Positions 24,036 through 36,278 of a stretch of DNA of 64,000 nt are shown here, one piece after another. The translations under genes were made by a program, and so were the position numbers. Each line of letters opens with the position of its first letter. Position 1 is the stretch's first letter. The notes under the pieces were generated by a model. That model was not told the DNA's origin and made no database searches. It saw only the letters and a program-made list of their open reading frames with translations. This stretch comes from Rhizodiscina lignyota. Its lineage: Eukaryota. The DNA lies in NCBI GenBank assembly GCA_010015805.1, contig ML978125.1, positions 1,426,001 through 1,490,000 on the forward strand. Reading direction: 5' to 3'.

Positions 24036-26570
24036 TCAAGTTCTGGACCCCATTCTGTATATAGCGTAATTTTGTGGAAGTATTGATGGGTAGGACCTCA
24101 CCATTGCACGATCGATCTCCTTTGTGGATTCGTCCAGGTCCTTCCAAGGCACCAAGTACGGAGTCGTCTTATCTTTGCCGCTCCTCGGTCCCGTCTTCCA
24201 CTGTCTTTGAAGTCGTTCCGAGTTCCAACGATCCTTCTCATGAATAGCCATAACTTCAATCTCCTCATTCGTGAATTCCGTGACTGGTATTCTCCCTTCC
24301 TTCTTCTCGGCCAAGAAGCAGGAGATGAGGCGTATCGTACTTGGTATCGCATCCGCATGGTCCCTGTTGGAGTCTTTGAAAACTTCTATTAATCGATCCC
24401 ACGGTGTCAGCCAATTCTCCGCATCTATCTGATCGAGGGTCTTTGATTCGTTCCCTGGCTTTGCTTGCTCTCGCGTGCGAATGTGATTGATATAAGCGTT
24501 GTGCAACCGCTCCGCTAACATTTCCCGGACCTCAGAAGGGAGAAACCTTCCGCTCATAGCTCTCGTGAACTCCCTGTACTCAACATGCAGTTGAAGCTGG
24601 GTCTCAGAAGGCAGCGCTGAGCGCGAGAAATATTTTGCGTTATTCAGACGACTCATGGACAGAATAGCTTTCAGCGACCGGATTCCTTGGAGATATTCCG
24701 ACACTAGCAGCAGGCCACTGAGAACGCTTTCATCAATGTTGATCCTGTCTCCAGATTTGAGCTTGGGTTCGCGTTCTTCAAGGAGGGTTCGTAAAACAAC
24801 GGCTCGGCGGAATGGAAATTGTCTGTCGCCGATGCCAGTGCGATTAAAGCCAACCATGTCAACGAAGCCTTGTAGACAGCCTATGAACTCTCGGACGGTA
24901 CGCGCAGTGCCTTGAGATTGAGTGGCGTCAGCATGCCTTTGGAAAACTGCGAAACTTCTCGTAGCTGATGCGCCAAAGAAGAGAAGCGCCCTCCCGATCG
25001 GTCTGCTCACAACTCCGTCGAAGAATCTGCCGCTTGCCATTGCTGGAAGAAGGTGAGGCAGCCAACCAAATAATGACCCGCCGAATTGGATGTCGAAATT
25101 CCTGAAATATGCAAGAGCAATGTAGCCTTCAAGTGTACAATCGCGGATTTGATGGAAGGCCGCTACCAAATCTTCCAACCTCTTGAATTCGGAAAGATCA
25201 AAGATGAGCTGTCGAACTTTTCTACCAGCCGCTGCTGTTTCAACAATTTGCAGTGCTGCAAAAGCCTTTCCAGAGCCTCGAGGTCCAAACATAGCCATGC
25301 TCGGCGGCTGGGTTTGCGGAACGGCAAGATATTCTTCGACGCAGGTTTTCAAAGTGTGGAAGAGCTCAATTTCTTTCCGGTCGAAGAGCACAAACTGATT
25401 GAAGCGCGCTATGGGTACGTTGATTTTGGATGTCCCATCTAAGACAATCTGGCGTGCGACTTCGACGGAGTCTGCGATCACGAAATCAAGCAGCGACCAG
25501 TTATGTTCGCCTTTCCCTATGTCGTCCGATGGTATTTCGAATCTGATTAACGTATCCTCGTTGTCCATCGTATGTTCCATAATTACTGAAGTATCGTAAA
25601 TGGACCGATGGTATTCATGCGGTGACATGCCATTCCGTGCCAGCCTTCTAGCAGTTCGAAATCCATCAGCGATACAATTTTCATATTTGGCCTCGTCCGA
25701 TTGTACTAAGAGTGTTGCAAAACCCGCAACAAATGCCTCCATGACCCCGGGCACGTAGTTCACGTTCTGTCGGTAGAATTCGCCCTCGGTCCTGAGCGGG
25801 TCGAAGAACAAGATTGGCTTCAAGACGTCCAGACCACGATGATAGATCACGCCATCGCAGCCAAAGACAACAATCAAATGAGGGCAGGTAACCAAAGTGA
25901 CCAATTTCCCTATGGCGCCTAAATTCCTCACGAAGTCTTCGCATGTTCTCTCCCAGGACGAACCATATGATAACTCAATTCCCTCCGCTCGAAGATCATC
26001 GGCTTTCACAATGACAATGAGACGTTCCGGATCCAGCGCATTCTTAACATTGGAAAGCTTTTTGGGTCGAACCTGTTCCCATACCTGGCCTTCGCAGAGG
26101 GGCCTTGACATGTGGTAGATGAAGTAGCTGGGCCAATGTGGCTCGAGGAGGTGTGAGACAGCTTCTGTGCCCTCATATGCAAAGTGGTTTTCTCCATCTT
26201 GAAAGACATACACGGTATAGTTATCCTTAGAGTCGAGCGCCGGAAGCGTTCTAGGCAAGTGCAACTGAGAGTCAACATTGAGCTTTCGGATATGGTCCAC
26301 AGTGAAGGCGGCGGATCCGAATTGTTGATTCAGCTCTATTACTGATGACGGAACAACTTGCGAGCTCGAAAACCCGGGGGTATGGACTTCGACTTTCGGA
26401 TCGGACCTGGGTAGTACGTCTTTCAATAGATGGGAAAGAAGGCCCGCTCCGCCCCTAAACCATTCAGTCTGCGGCGGTCTTGTTTCTGAGTTGTGCAGCG
26501 CCGATGGCTGGAAGCAGAACAGGTCTTGCGCCGCCTGCCCAGCTATGATAAGATGTCGTGATAGAGGCAT
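24036..26570 (-). CDS. Intronless 844-aa protein with a P-loop NTPase-like domain and C-terminal RyR-like repeats
   Basis: Walker A-like GPRGSGKAF; RyR-like MAIHEKDRWNSERLQRQWKTG...TPYLVPWKDLDESTKEIDR; first ATG at 26570. Confidence 0.8.
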   Translation of the reverse strand: MPLSRHLIIAGQAAQDLFCFQPSALHNSETRPPQTEWFRGGAGLLSHLLKDVLPRSDPKVEVHTPGFSSSQVVPSSVIELNQQFGSAAFTVDHIRKLNVDSQLHLPRTLPALDSKDNYTVYVFQDGENHFAYEGTEAVSHLLEPHWPSYFIYHMSRPLCEGQVWEQVRPKKLSNVKNALDPERLIVIVKADDLRAEGIELSYGSSWERTCEDFVRNLGAIGKLVTLVTCPHLIVVFGCDGVIYHRGLDVLKPILFFDPLRTEGEFYRQNVNYVPGVMEAFVAGFATLLVQSDEAKYENCIADGFRTARRLARNGMSPHEYHRSIYDTSVIMEHTMDNEDTLIRFEIPSDDIGKGEHNWSLLDFVIADSVEVARQIVLDGTSKINVPIARFNQFVLFDRKEIELFHTLKTCVEEYLAVPQTQPPSMAMFGPRGSGKAFAALQIVETAAAGRKVRQLIFDLSEFKRLEDLVAAFHQIRDCTLEGYIALAYFRNFDIQFGGSLFGWLPHLLPAMASGRFFDGVVSRPIGRALLFFGASATRSFAVFQRHADATQSQGTARTVREFIGCLQGFVDMVGFNRTGIGDRQFPFRRAVVLRTLLEEREPKLKSGDRINIDESVLSGLLLVSEYLQGIRSLKAILSMSRLNNAKYFSRSALPSETQLQLHVEYREFTRAMSGRFLPSEVREMLAERLHNAYINHIRTREQAKPGNESKTLDQIDAENWLTPWDRLIEVFKDSNRDHADAIPSTIRLISCFLAEKKEGRIPVTEFTNEEIEVMAIHEKDRWNSERLQRQWKTGPRSGKDKTTPYLVPWKDLDESTKEIDRAMVRSYPSILPQNYAIYRMGSRT

Positions 26571-27225
26571 TTTAGCTAGCGGTGTACGGTCGTGAGGGCT
26601 GCAAGTGTACAGGTCGATCACGGACGCTGTATTCAGCCTGGCCCGTCCCCAAGCGTGATGGGGGTGATTGTCTTGGCTGGGAGGCTGGTCCTGTGGAATC
26701 CCTAATCTGGCATCGCCTGAGGATGCCACAGGGACCTATATAATAGGTAAATGGCCCCCTGTGGAGTCCATTTTGCAGGTGGAGGTGAGTTTGATGGCTG
26801 GGAGGAGGTTGGGCGCGGATACAACCATTCAGCTGACGCAAGCGCGCCACCAGAACGCGAAATTTAAAATTCGATCGCTGTCTACGCACCAGAACAACAA
26901 TACAGTCTGAATCGGAGGTTGCTAGATATAGCTTCTGCTTTTCATATTCCGTATCTTGAAGTACCTTTTGAATTAGACGCCTGCGTAGTCGACCACGCCC
27001 TTTTTGTTTTTGCGTTAGACTGGTCTCACTTCGGCTTACTTTGCTATTTCAAGCACATCTTCAGCACTGAACACACAATCCCCTTTACATAATGCGACCT
27101 GCTCTCCTTTTCAATCTAACCTTTTGATATATGGCTGAAAATCATGTCGTAAGGCTACGTCGGTCTCTAATGCGAGCGCGCTTCAGCAGAGCTTCATCAA
27201 AAGCAGGCTAGCATCAGCATCAGCA

Positions 27226-29621
27226 TCAACCAAGAATGATCTCCTTCCAAACGGGGCCATCTCCAAAAGCCTCTTTCAGGTCTTTCTTTCCAATGGACCC
27301 AATATCGACCCTCTCAGCATACATAGGCCTACCGGCGCGGTCAATTGACCCCATCGCAGTTTTCGCACCATTCTCGCCCACCCATTCAAGTAACATGGCC
27401 TTGTACCTCCATCCTTTCTCATCGTCTATCCGCCCATTCTCCGCCCTTGTATCTCTCCCCTCACACATGAGGATGAATTCCCTTTCCTGCGGAACCGGAT
27501 TGTACTCCAGCCAAAGCGGCTGCACCCTGATGATACCTAGCTCACGTCCACTACGACCAAAAATCCCCAGACGGTGACGCCTATCTACTGGGCCTCTCTC
27601 CTCGTCACGACTGTTAGGCTCGTCGAGCCGCAAAGTGAGAGAAACGGTCCAGAACTGGAGGAATCCCGATCCGGCGTGGTTGCTGAGAATGTCTTCCACG
27701 TAATCGGGCGGATTGATGTCTTTCAGCAACATCTTACTGGGTTCCACTCGTGAGCAGTCCATCTTGAAGCGTTGCTGAATCCGAGAACCGTAGAAGTTCT
27801 TGGATTCCTCCCAGTCGGAGTCGCTGTCGTCTGGGTGTCTCACTAGGCGTGTGCAGCTCGTTGAGCCGTGTCCGTCTCGCTGATACCATATGATCCAGGT
27901 CCGCTTCCGGATCGCCTTTCTGATGCTCCTAATGCTTCTGTTATACCAATCCCACATGTGAGGCCACGACTGCTCCACCCAGCCAGACCAAGACCAGCTC
28001 GGCGCGAGGGTTTGTTGTCCATCTTTTGAAATTCGTCGTGATTGAAGTGAGAGCGGTCTCCAGAGAAGGAACCAATCGAAGTATCTAGTTGGGATCCCAT
28101 GGCAGAGCTCGGTATCTAGCTGGACCGTCAGCTGGCGGGATACGCCGGCGAAGGCGTTGTATACATCGTCGTCATATGACAACTTGCGTTCCGAGTAGTT
28201 CTGGATTAGGCCTTCGAATTCGCCAATATCACCACCCTCAAAACCACTATTGCGTTGCCTTCGTTCTCCTTCGATCTCGGCGGGGCTTTCGATGAGATGC
28301 TCCTCCCATGCATCAACGCCTTGGCAGCGGAAGACCACCTTGCCGTCGATGAAGATGAGGGATCTCGTGGCGAAATGTGTCTCCTGGTAGCTGCGGATTG
28401 GTCAACTTTGACAAGTTATTGTAGGTCAAAGTGAAATTAGACTTACGTCCAACCACGGGAATAATATGATCTCCCCTCAACTGAGTCAGCCCATCGTGTT
28501 CTGAACGCCAGCCTAAACCCAGGAGCTATCTCCTCGATTGGCTGTTGAGTTTCGCGGGTGCCGGACCGGAGGCCATTGATGCCCATATACGCAGTGTCGC
28601 TGCCCGCGGTCACAATCACCAAGTCCGCCGTGGCGTAGATGATGTCCATTGTTTTGATTGTACTAGTCTTTTTCTTCTCATTATTCTGGACAATACATAA
28701 ATTGTCAACCCACAAGTATTTGATGCCGATCTCCTTCGCCACATCGATAGCATCCCTAATAGTCTCCGGTATCTGGCTCGCAAACTGGTGATTGTCGAGT
28801 GAACCAGGCTTCGCAAGCTCCTCAATGTTGGATGAGAGAGCCTGGAACTTGATCGGGCCGCCCCATACATAGCTCAGAGCCGCATAGCGACATCCAGGCG
28901 GCAGTATGGTAACACATTTCTGTTCCACATCGATGCAACGAAAGTCGGGCACTTCCTTTGTTGGGTGGGATCTCTTCAGCTTCTTTAAGACCGGGTTCTT
29001 TCGGCAGGCTTTGCCATGGTGCTCGTCACACAGAGCCAGCCATCTCCGCACGACGGCGAAGTCGATCCTGTCCTGGTTGTAGGGGCGCATGAAGTAGGTG
29101 ATCGAATCCGTCGGTGAGTCGTTGGCCAGGAGGGTAATTTCAGGGAAGAGATTGAGCCTCGTTTCTGCGAATCCTCCGCTTTCCGTTTGCAGATATGGCC
29201 GGAGTACTCGAACCTCAGGTCGGTGAGCCCACGGTGCACTGGGGTCAGGGCTCGGGCCTTTGGTATTCCAGCTCATTGTCACGCAGAGCGGTTCGTCATT
29301 TTCGTGTGTTGGAACGTCCTTTGCACTAAGAGCCACGAGTATAAGGCGGCATAGCGGACAACCGGTCTTCTTCTTCATGTCTTCGACTTTACCCAAGGAC
29401 ATGCTCAGATCATCGGGTTCGTTCCACTTGCCGTACTCTTTGTCTCCTGGTAGGACGACAAAGCGTTTGGCTTCGAGTTTCAGCGCTCTGCAGACGTCGC
29501 ATAAGGCATCGCCAGGACGTGAGATGCCGTCTGGAACGGGGAGTAGCGGGGGCGGTGCTTCTGCGTCAGGTTCAGGAGGACCCGACTCGTCTGTCTCCCA
29601 GTAGTCAGAATCGGATGACAT
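27226..29621 (-). CDS. HET-domain protein (TOL-like), about 779 aa; intron 28391-28446
   Basis: YAALSYVWG, YLWVDNLCIVQ, MDIIY, SRGWT|YQE, PSWSWSGW. Confidence 0.93.
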
Positions 29622-30133
29622 GATTGCTGTTGTTACAAGTTTGTTGGTTGCTGATGGTTCTATCACATATAAGTGTGTGGGAGAAGGGACAATCCTAGGG
29701 CGGTCAATGTCGCTCCCAGCTGGCTTCATAAAAACTTAAATTACGCCAGTTGCATGCACGCTCTTAAAGGTAAATCATAGTGAAAGACAAGATCAAATTG
29801 ACTGGGTTACGGAACACAGAACTGAGTGCAGTGGACCAGACACTGTGGCTACTAGGATTGTGAGGCTCAAAGTGGGGGTGGTCGGGCCGCTTGGAACTGT
29901 CAGTCAGCCACAAAACAGTTGAAGTGCAGTGTCAAGGTTGAAATATCGAATGATGTTGCTGCTAGATGGCACTATGAAAGACGGTAGACGATGCGCCTAC
30001 CATTTCTGGCACTTGCAGCTACTAGCTTAGCTTTGCATGTGCTGTTGACGTGGTCGTTTAGCCTTCCGGTGAGACAAAACAGGCGACATGCAGCTCCCGT
30101 CAAGCGCTTTCCCCAGCGCTCAAAAGAGACGAG

Positions 30134-33100
30134 TCAGAAGTTAAGCGATGGCTTCGTGTTCGCAGAGCCATTAGAGGCGGGTCTGGCAAGTTCGGCGGGG
30201 GCAGTGGAGGCATGTTTTGTAGCGTTCGGAGGACCTTTGCGGCGACTTCGACAGCTTCTTTCGGGAGACCTGAGTTATGTTAGTTAGATGTAAATGTTCT
30301 ATTCAAAGATCAGCTCACCAGCGAGCCCTGCTACCTTCAAAGCATGGCTCTCCCTATTCACACCCCTCCGTAACCGATGCACAAATGTCCAACTCCCATC
30401 GCCTTCTCTGCTCTCTGCCACATCAGTGCAATAACACGCAATGCCTTCAACGCCTTGGACCATATCCGTCAGAGTGTGGAAATGCGTCGCAAAAAGTACC
30501 CTACTCTTATTGACGTGGTATAAATGGTGCAGTGCCGCAAATCCGACTGCAACGCCGTCCTCTGGTGTTGTCCCACGACCTACCTCGTCCATTACCACAA
30601 AGCTTCTCGGTGTCGCGGAGCGCAGGATCTCAGCAGTCTCTAGCATCTCGACCATGAATGTCGACTGGTCGGCATACAGATTATCTGCCGAGCCGACGCG
30701 TGAGAAGATCTTGTCGACAAGGCCAATTTCAGCGTACTCGGCAGGGACATAGCTTCCTGTCTGCGCTAGAATGCAGATGAGTGCGTTTTGTCTGAGAAAG
30801 GTGCTCTTGCCGCCCATGTTGGGACCCGTGATAAGGTGAATGCGCTCTGCATCCGTCATGCTGAGATCATTCGATGTGAAGTTGCGCCCTTGTTTCATCA
30901 GTCCGGCTTCAACAGTATGATGGCGGCCGCCCACAATGTTCACATTCATTCCCGCGTTTAAGATCGGCCGAACAAGGCGCTGCTCTCTTGCGAGGGTCGC
31001 AGATGAGCATGCGACGTCCAGCTCGTCGAGAACGGCAGCGTTGCGGCGGATCTCAATGAGATTTCGCACGACTTCTGCGCGCAATGTGGCAAAAATGCGG
31101 GATTCTTCGGCCTGGATGCGATGCTTCGCCTCCTCTGTGCGGTTGCCGAGTTGTGTCCATTCTGGAACATGGAAGGACTGCGTCGACTTGCTTGATTGTA
31201 GAATGCGTACCGACCGGAGTGCTGCAACGGAGGCTCTCTCTTTAACGCCGCCTTTGACGTGGCAGATATGACCAAGTTTGGGTGTCCAGCGTAGTGTGAG
31301 ACTTGCAGCCCCAAGCTCGATTCGCAAACGCGATTCCAAAGAGTCCTTCTCTTCTTTGAGAGCATCAAGTTTACGGTGTAGGCGAGAGAGCATAGCGCTG
31401 GCATTTCGTTGCATAATCCAATTATTACTCTCTGCGTCAACAGATTTACCGATGCCATTCCCATTATGCGCTTGCGCGCGGACACTCTTTGGTACACCCT
31501 TCAGATGCTGCTCTCCTTCCTGGTTTAACACATCTTCTGCAAGCTCCACCATCTCAGCGGCTTCTGAATCTTCGATACGGTGCTGCTCCATAAGCTTTTC
31601 TTCATCAATAGTGTTTAGGATCCGCAACGAGAGGTCCATTGGCCCATCTAGTGACAGTCTATGAAGAAGACTCTCAAACTTAAGCCATCGAGGCTTTGCA
31701 GTAGAGATTTGCTCCCCCGAAGCTTGATGAGTCCAAAGGGTGTCTGAAATCTTGTCGGTTACTTGGATTGTCCGCGATAGTCCGAGCAGGTCATCTGCAT
31801 CGCCTCTTCCAAAGGAGAATTTCTGCACGAGGCGCAAGGAGTCGAAAGTGTCACGCAGAAGGACCAGCAAGTTGTGGTGAAGGTCGGGATTTTCCAGAAA
31901 CTCTGCAACGAGGTCAAGACGGCTATTGATCTCATCAAGAGACATTGACGGCGATACTGCTTGAGATAAGCCTCTAATCGATTAACCAATGTAGCTAATT
32001 AGAACTTACAAAGTCTTTGGCCCAGGAGACGCGAGCCACTTTTCGTCACTGTCCTCCGCACTGCATGAAGGAGACTCCCTTGGAAAGTGCCATCACGTAG
32101 AGTTTCGCGAATCTCGAGTGCTCGTATTGTGTTCTTGTCTAAAGCCATGAATTCGTCCTCCCGTCTCTGTAAGGGAGCTTGCAGGCGTGGTTTGGTCCCC
32201 TGGAGTTGTGTATTCACGTAGTGCAGTATTGTATTGCCTGCAGCAATCTCCAAAGCCGAAAAATTGGAGACAGCCGGCCTCTCACCCTGTGCTTCGATCA
32301 TTGAGAGCCAGTTGTCCGAAGCCAGGTCACTAAGGACTGAGGTGATATAAGTGATGATATGTCGATCGTCCCGACAGAGCGCTGTCAGTCGCTTATCCTG
32401 TAAATCCTGCAGAGCTTGGTCAAGCAGTATCTCTCTTGGAGCTATTCTTGCTAAGACGGTTCCTAGAGCGTCTAGATTCGTACGCTGTGTGAAGAAATCG
32501 CCACTTGATAAATCCAGCCATGCCAGACCGACCTCCGGAGTTTTCGAATTCTCAGCGTCGACATTCCTTTGCTCGAGAATCTCAGGATCGCATTGAATGC
32601 TAAGTAGATAATTGTTTTCGAAAGGATCCATGAAATTTTCGTCAATCAATGTTCCAGGAGTGATTATGCGAGACACTCTCCTGTCATATTGCAGGCCTCC
32701 GGATTTGGCTTTGGCTTCAGCGTCCTTTTCGAACTCCTCGACAATTGCAACATGCTTGTTCAGATCTTGCACAAGTATCTTCAAGAAGCGGTCTAATTGG
32801 AAGAAGGGGAAACCAGACATGGGCACAATTCCAGCATTTGTGCTCTTCTTGCCAACTTTTAGGTTGAGCAACGGTCCATATTCCTCAGCCTGCTCGAAGT
32901 ACAGCTCATAGAAGCCTCCAACTCGTGTCAAGACAACGCAATGAGCGAACTTTTTCATATTATTCCTTGCCCCTTGGATTACGGCCGGATATGCTGGGCC
33001 ATCCTCTCTCTCCACGGCAACGGGAGTACCTTGTGGCAACGCTCCTTGATGCAAGGGCGTGATCTTCACTGAAGTCTTCGTTTTGGCACCTCTGATCCAT

Positions 33101-33273
33101 GTTGTCGACCCAGATTTGCAAAAAATCGCGTCCTGATGTAGCGTGTGCGAGCATGAGCTTCGAGCAAACGCGAGGTCACGTTTTCTGTGAATGGCTCGCG
33201 TGGCAACGAGAGTTGCGTTGCAGCGCTTGATGTAACTTGTACGACCTGAGAGGCATCTTTGACTGATGCGCAT
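30134..33273 (-). CDS. MSH1: Mitochondrial MutS homolog; introns 31957-32009 and 30270-30318
   Basis: Basic presequence-like N-terminus, RVGGFYELY, TPGTL, TGPNMGGKSTFLRQ, STFMVEM, DEVGRGT, FATHF. Confidence 0.93.
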
Positions 33274-33512
33274 GCTCAGGCAGATTGACTCAACATCGAA
33301 TTTGACACTTTGAATTAAAAATGGTCTGGCATTTGGGAAGGTCGGCCTCCAAGAAGGCGAAGATGCAAACGCAAATCGGATCCCCTGAGATCAGCGCAAG
33401 CCACAGCCCTACAGCCACGCCAAGTCCGGGGAAAGCTAGCACCAAATTCAACAGCCCACTAAGGTCCAGGCGAGAAACTTTTGAAATACGACAAGAATCT
33501 CCATACGCCGTC

Positions 33513-34935
33513 ATGGCTACTCAATTTGAACCTCTGAAAAATGACCGTTTATTAAGAGCAGCTCGAGGTAGATATAAACGCGCTTTCAAAAGGCATCGAG
33601 CTGATCATGGAACTGCAGGAGAGAAAGTCGATCGTCCTCCAGCATGGGTAATGCGTCAAGGTATTGACGTCCTCCAAGTCAACATGCTTCTCTGCTGACG
33701 CGAATTGAAGCTGGCAGATACCTCCCCGAATACCACAAAGCCAAAGGAGACCATGACTTCTTCGATTGTTGCCGCTCCCCCGAGATAGCCTCCACTCTCA
33801 CATTACAGCCTATTGAGCGTTACCATGGCTTGATCGACGCTGCTATAATATTCTCAGACATTCTCGTGATACCACAAGCTATGGGTATGGAGGTCATAAT
33901 GGTTGACAAGAAGGGTCCGCATTTCCCGGACCCATTGCAAAGTCCAGAGGACAAGCAATACAAGGAGGTCATGGAGCGGCCGGTCGACGTCAAGAAGAGC
34001 CTGGATTACGTATACAAGGCAATAACATTAACCAGACATAAATTAAAAGGCCGGGTACCGCTGATTGGATTCTGTGGTGCGCCTTGGACTTTGCTATGCT
34101 ATATGGTCGAAGGCGGAGGCACGAAGCTGTTCGTCCAGTCGAAGACATGGGTCTACAAATATGCAGAGGAGAGCAAAGAGATACTGTTCAAAATCGCTCA
34201 GATATGTGTAGACCATCTCGCACAGCAAGTTGTGGCAGGCGCTCAGGTATGTTACTGTTAGTATATAACTCCACGTCGATGCTTACTATATGTAGATGAT
34301 CCAAGTATTTGATTCCTGGGCAGGAGAGCTTTCACCATCGACCTTCAAGGAATTTTCTCTACCTTTTCTCAAATATATAGCAGATACTCTCCCCATCAAA
34401 CTCCAGGAACTGAAGCAAGAGGTTGTGCCAATGACGGTTTTCGCTAAAGGCGCATGGTATGCTCTGGAAGACTTGTGCGACCTGAAGTACAACGTCATAA
34501 GCCTTGACTGGCTTCACGATCCTGCCGAAGCATTCAAGGTTGCTCAGAGGAAGGGCAAGGTCCTGCAGGGAAATGCCGACCCTGGAGTACTGTATGGCGG
34601 GAGGGAAGCGATCACAAAGGTCGTGGAGGAGATGGTGGCGGGCTTTCAAGGTGGCAAGCAGGGCTGGATAGCAAATCTCGGTCACGGTATGTAATTGATG
34701 TGTCGCCCATGATATATACTTCAAGCTGACCAGAGCAGGTATCACACCTTTTGTAGATCCGGATGACTTGCGTCACTTCTTCCAAGAGATCGACAGACTT
34801 TCTAGCAAGTATGGGCGTGCTTCGACTATCGATGGTGGAGAGAGCGCATCATTTGTCACTGGCAAAGACAAAGTACAAGAGAAAGATGAAGAGCCAGAAG
34901 CAATCGGTGACCCGTTCAGTGAACAGCAGGTTTAG
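33513..34935 (+). CDS. HEM12: Uroporphyrinogen decarboxylase; introns about 33568-33618, 33661-33710, 34247-34295, 34687-34738
   Basis: [54 protein letters not shown]. Confidence 0.96.
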
Positions 34936-34947
34936 TCCTCTAACAGG

Positions 34948-35544
34948 CTATTTTGGCGGTTCATCTCCAATGTCTTCATACCTACGATATCATGAGCGAA
35001 CATCCGATATAGACGCAGCGAATCATCATCCTTACCAGTCTTTAGGATTCTCCTTGATATACTTCCCCATCATCTTTATGCATTCCTCATTGTCCAGGTT
35101 GACAAGCTCAATGCCTCTTGCTTTGAGGTATTCGTGGGGTCCGACATGGTTCACTTGCTCTCCCATTACAACCCTCTTCACACCGTACATAATGCATGCT
35201 CCAGAGCACATGTCGCAGGGGGAGAGCGTTGTATACATAGTGGCGCCTTTATATGAAGATCCAGGCAATCTACCTGCGTCCTCTAGAGCCGCCATTTCAC
35301 CCTGTTATATCGAACAGTGAGATACATCATCATATATTGAGAACTACTATCTGCAACCTGTTTAGGAATACGTTGCACTCACGTGTAGGATGGCGCTGCT
35401 GTTCTGGATCCTCATATTGTGGCCTCTGCCCAAAATCTTGCCATCCTTATTCACCAGTGCAGCGCCAATAGGGATTCCTCCCTCCTCAAGCCCCTTCTTT
35501 GCCTCCTCGAATGCAGCCTTAAATCCAGGATCGCTGCTAGCCAT
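34948..35544 (-). CDS. FCY1: Cytosine deaminase; introns 35302-35382 and 34982-35035
   Basis: EGGIPIGAAL, GRGHN, H|GE, LSPCDMC, W|YEDIG. Confidence 0.94.
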
Positions 35545-36278
35545 GCTGTCAAGAACCAATGTGGATGCTTAGGAACAACGAAAGCTTGCAGAAGCTATAT
35601 GCACGGCCGAATTGGGTTTAGCGCGGAGCCATCCGCGCGACTTCCATTTCGACGAAGGTGCGATGAGCTTAACTTCACGTCGTTCCTGTGGCGATATTGA
35701 GGCTCTTCTAACTATTGCCTTCTTTCTTGCGGCATCTTGCTCACTCGTTTGGAGTGTTTTGTGTTCGGAAGTGACGTGTTTCCTTCGCTTTCTCTAACAA
35801 TAGGCAAGCGATTCCATCGGATTCCACCCAGCTCCACAGCCAATCGCCAATCGCGCGGCGGGCAAAAACGCCGCCGATGCGCCATTCACTTTTAACTCTC
35901 ACTGCCTGACGACAATCTTCAAACTTTTTGGTGCATCTCCGTCGACGCTTTCTTTCCGACTATATAGAAGCTACCACAAGTTCATCTCGACTGCTAACTG
36001 AGGCACACGATACGGTAAGTAGAAAGGAAGTCCCTTACGCCGCCTCCGGCCACCCCTGCAGCTGCCACTCCCGCCGCCGGTGTTCAACTGTATTTCTAAA
36101 CTCTTAACTGCGACAAGGCTAACACTTTCCACGCCAGAACCTTCCAACAGTTGTGCCACTTTCCGCCTTTCGTCGCCCTACATCTACAACCTCACCTTCC
36201 TCTTCTCTCCCCCACTTCTTTTTCATCAAACAAAGCCGACACCGATAAGAAAAAGAGCAAACCTCGGCCTCCTCAACC

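Noticed and set aside
26571..26729. N-terminal extension of the 897-aa ORF call
   Set aside because: It starts at a non-ATG codon; the first ATG is at 26570
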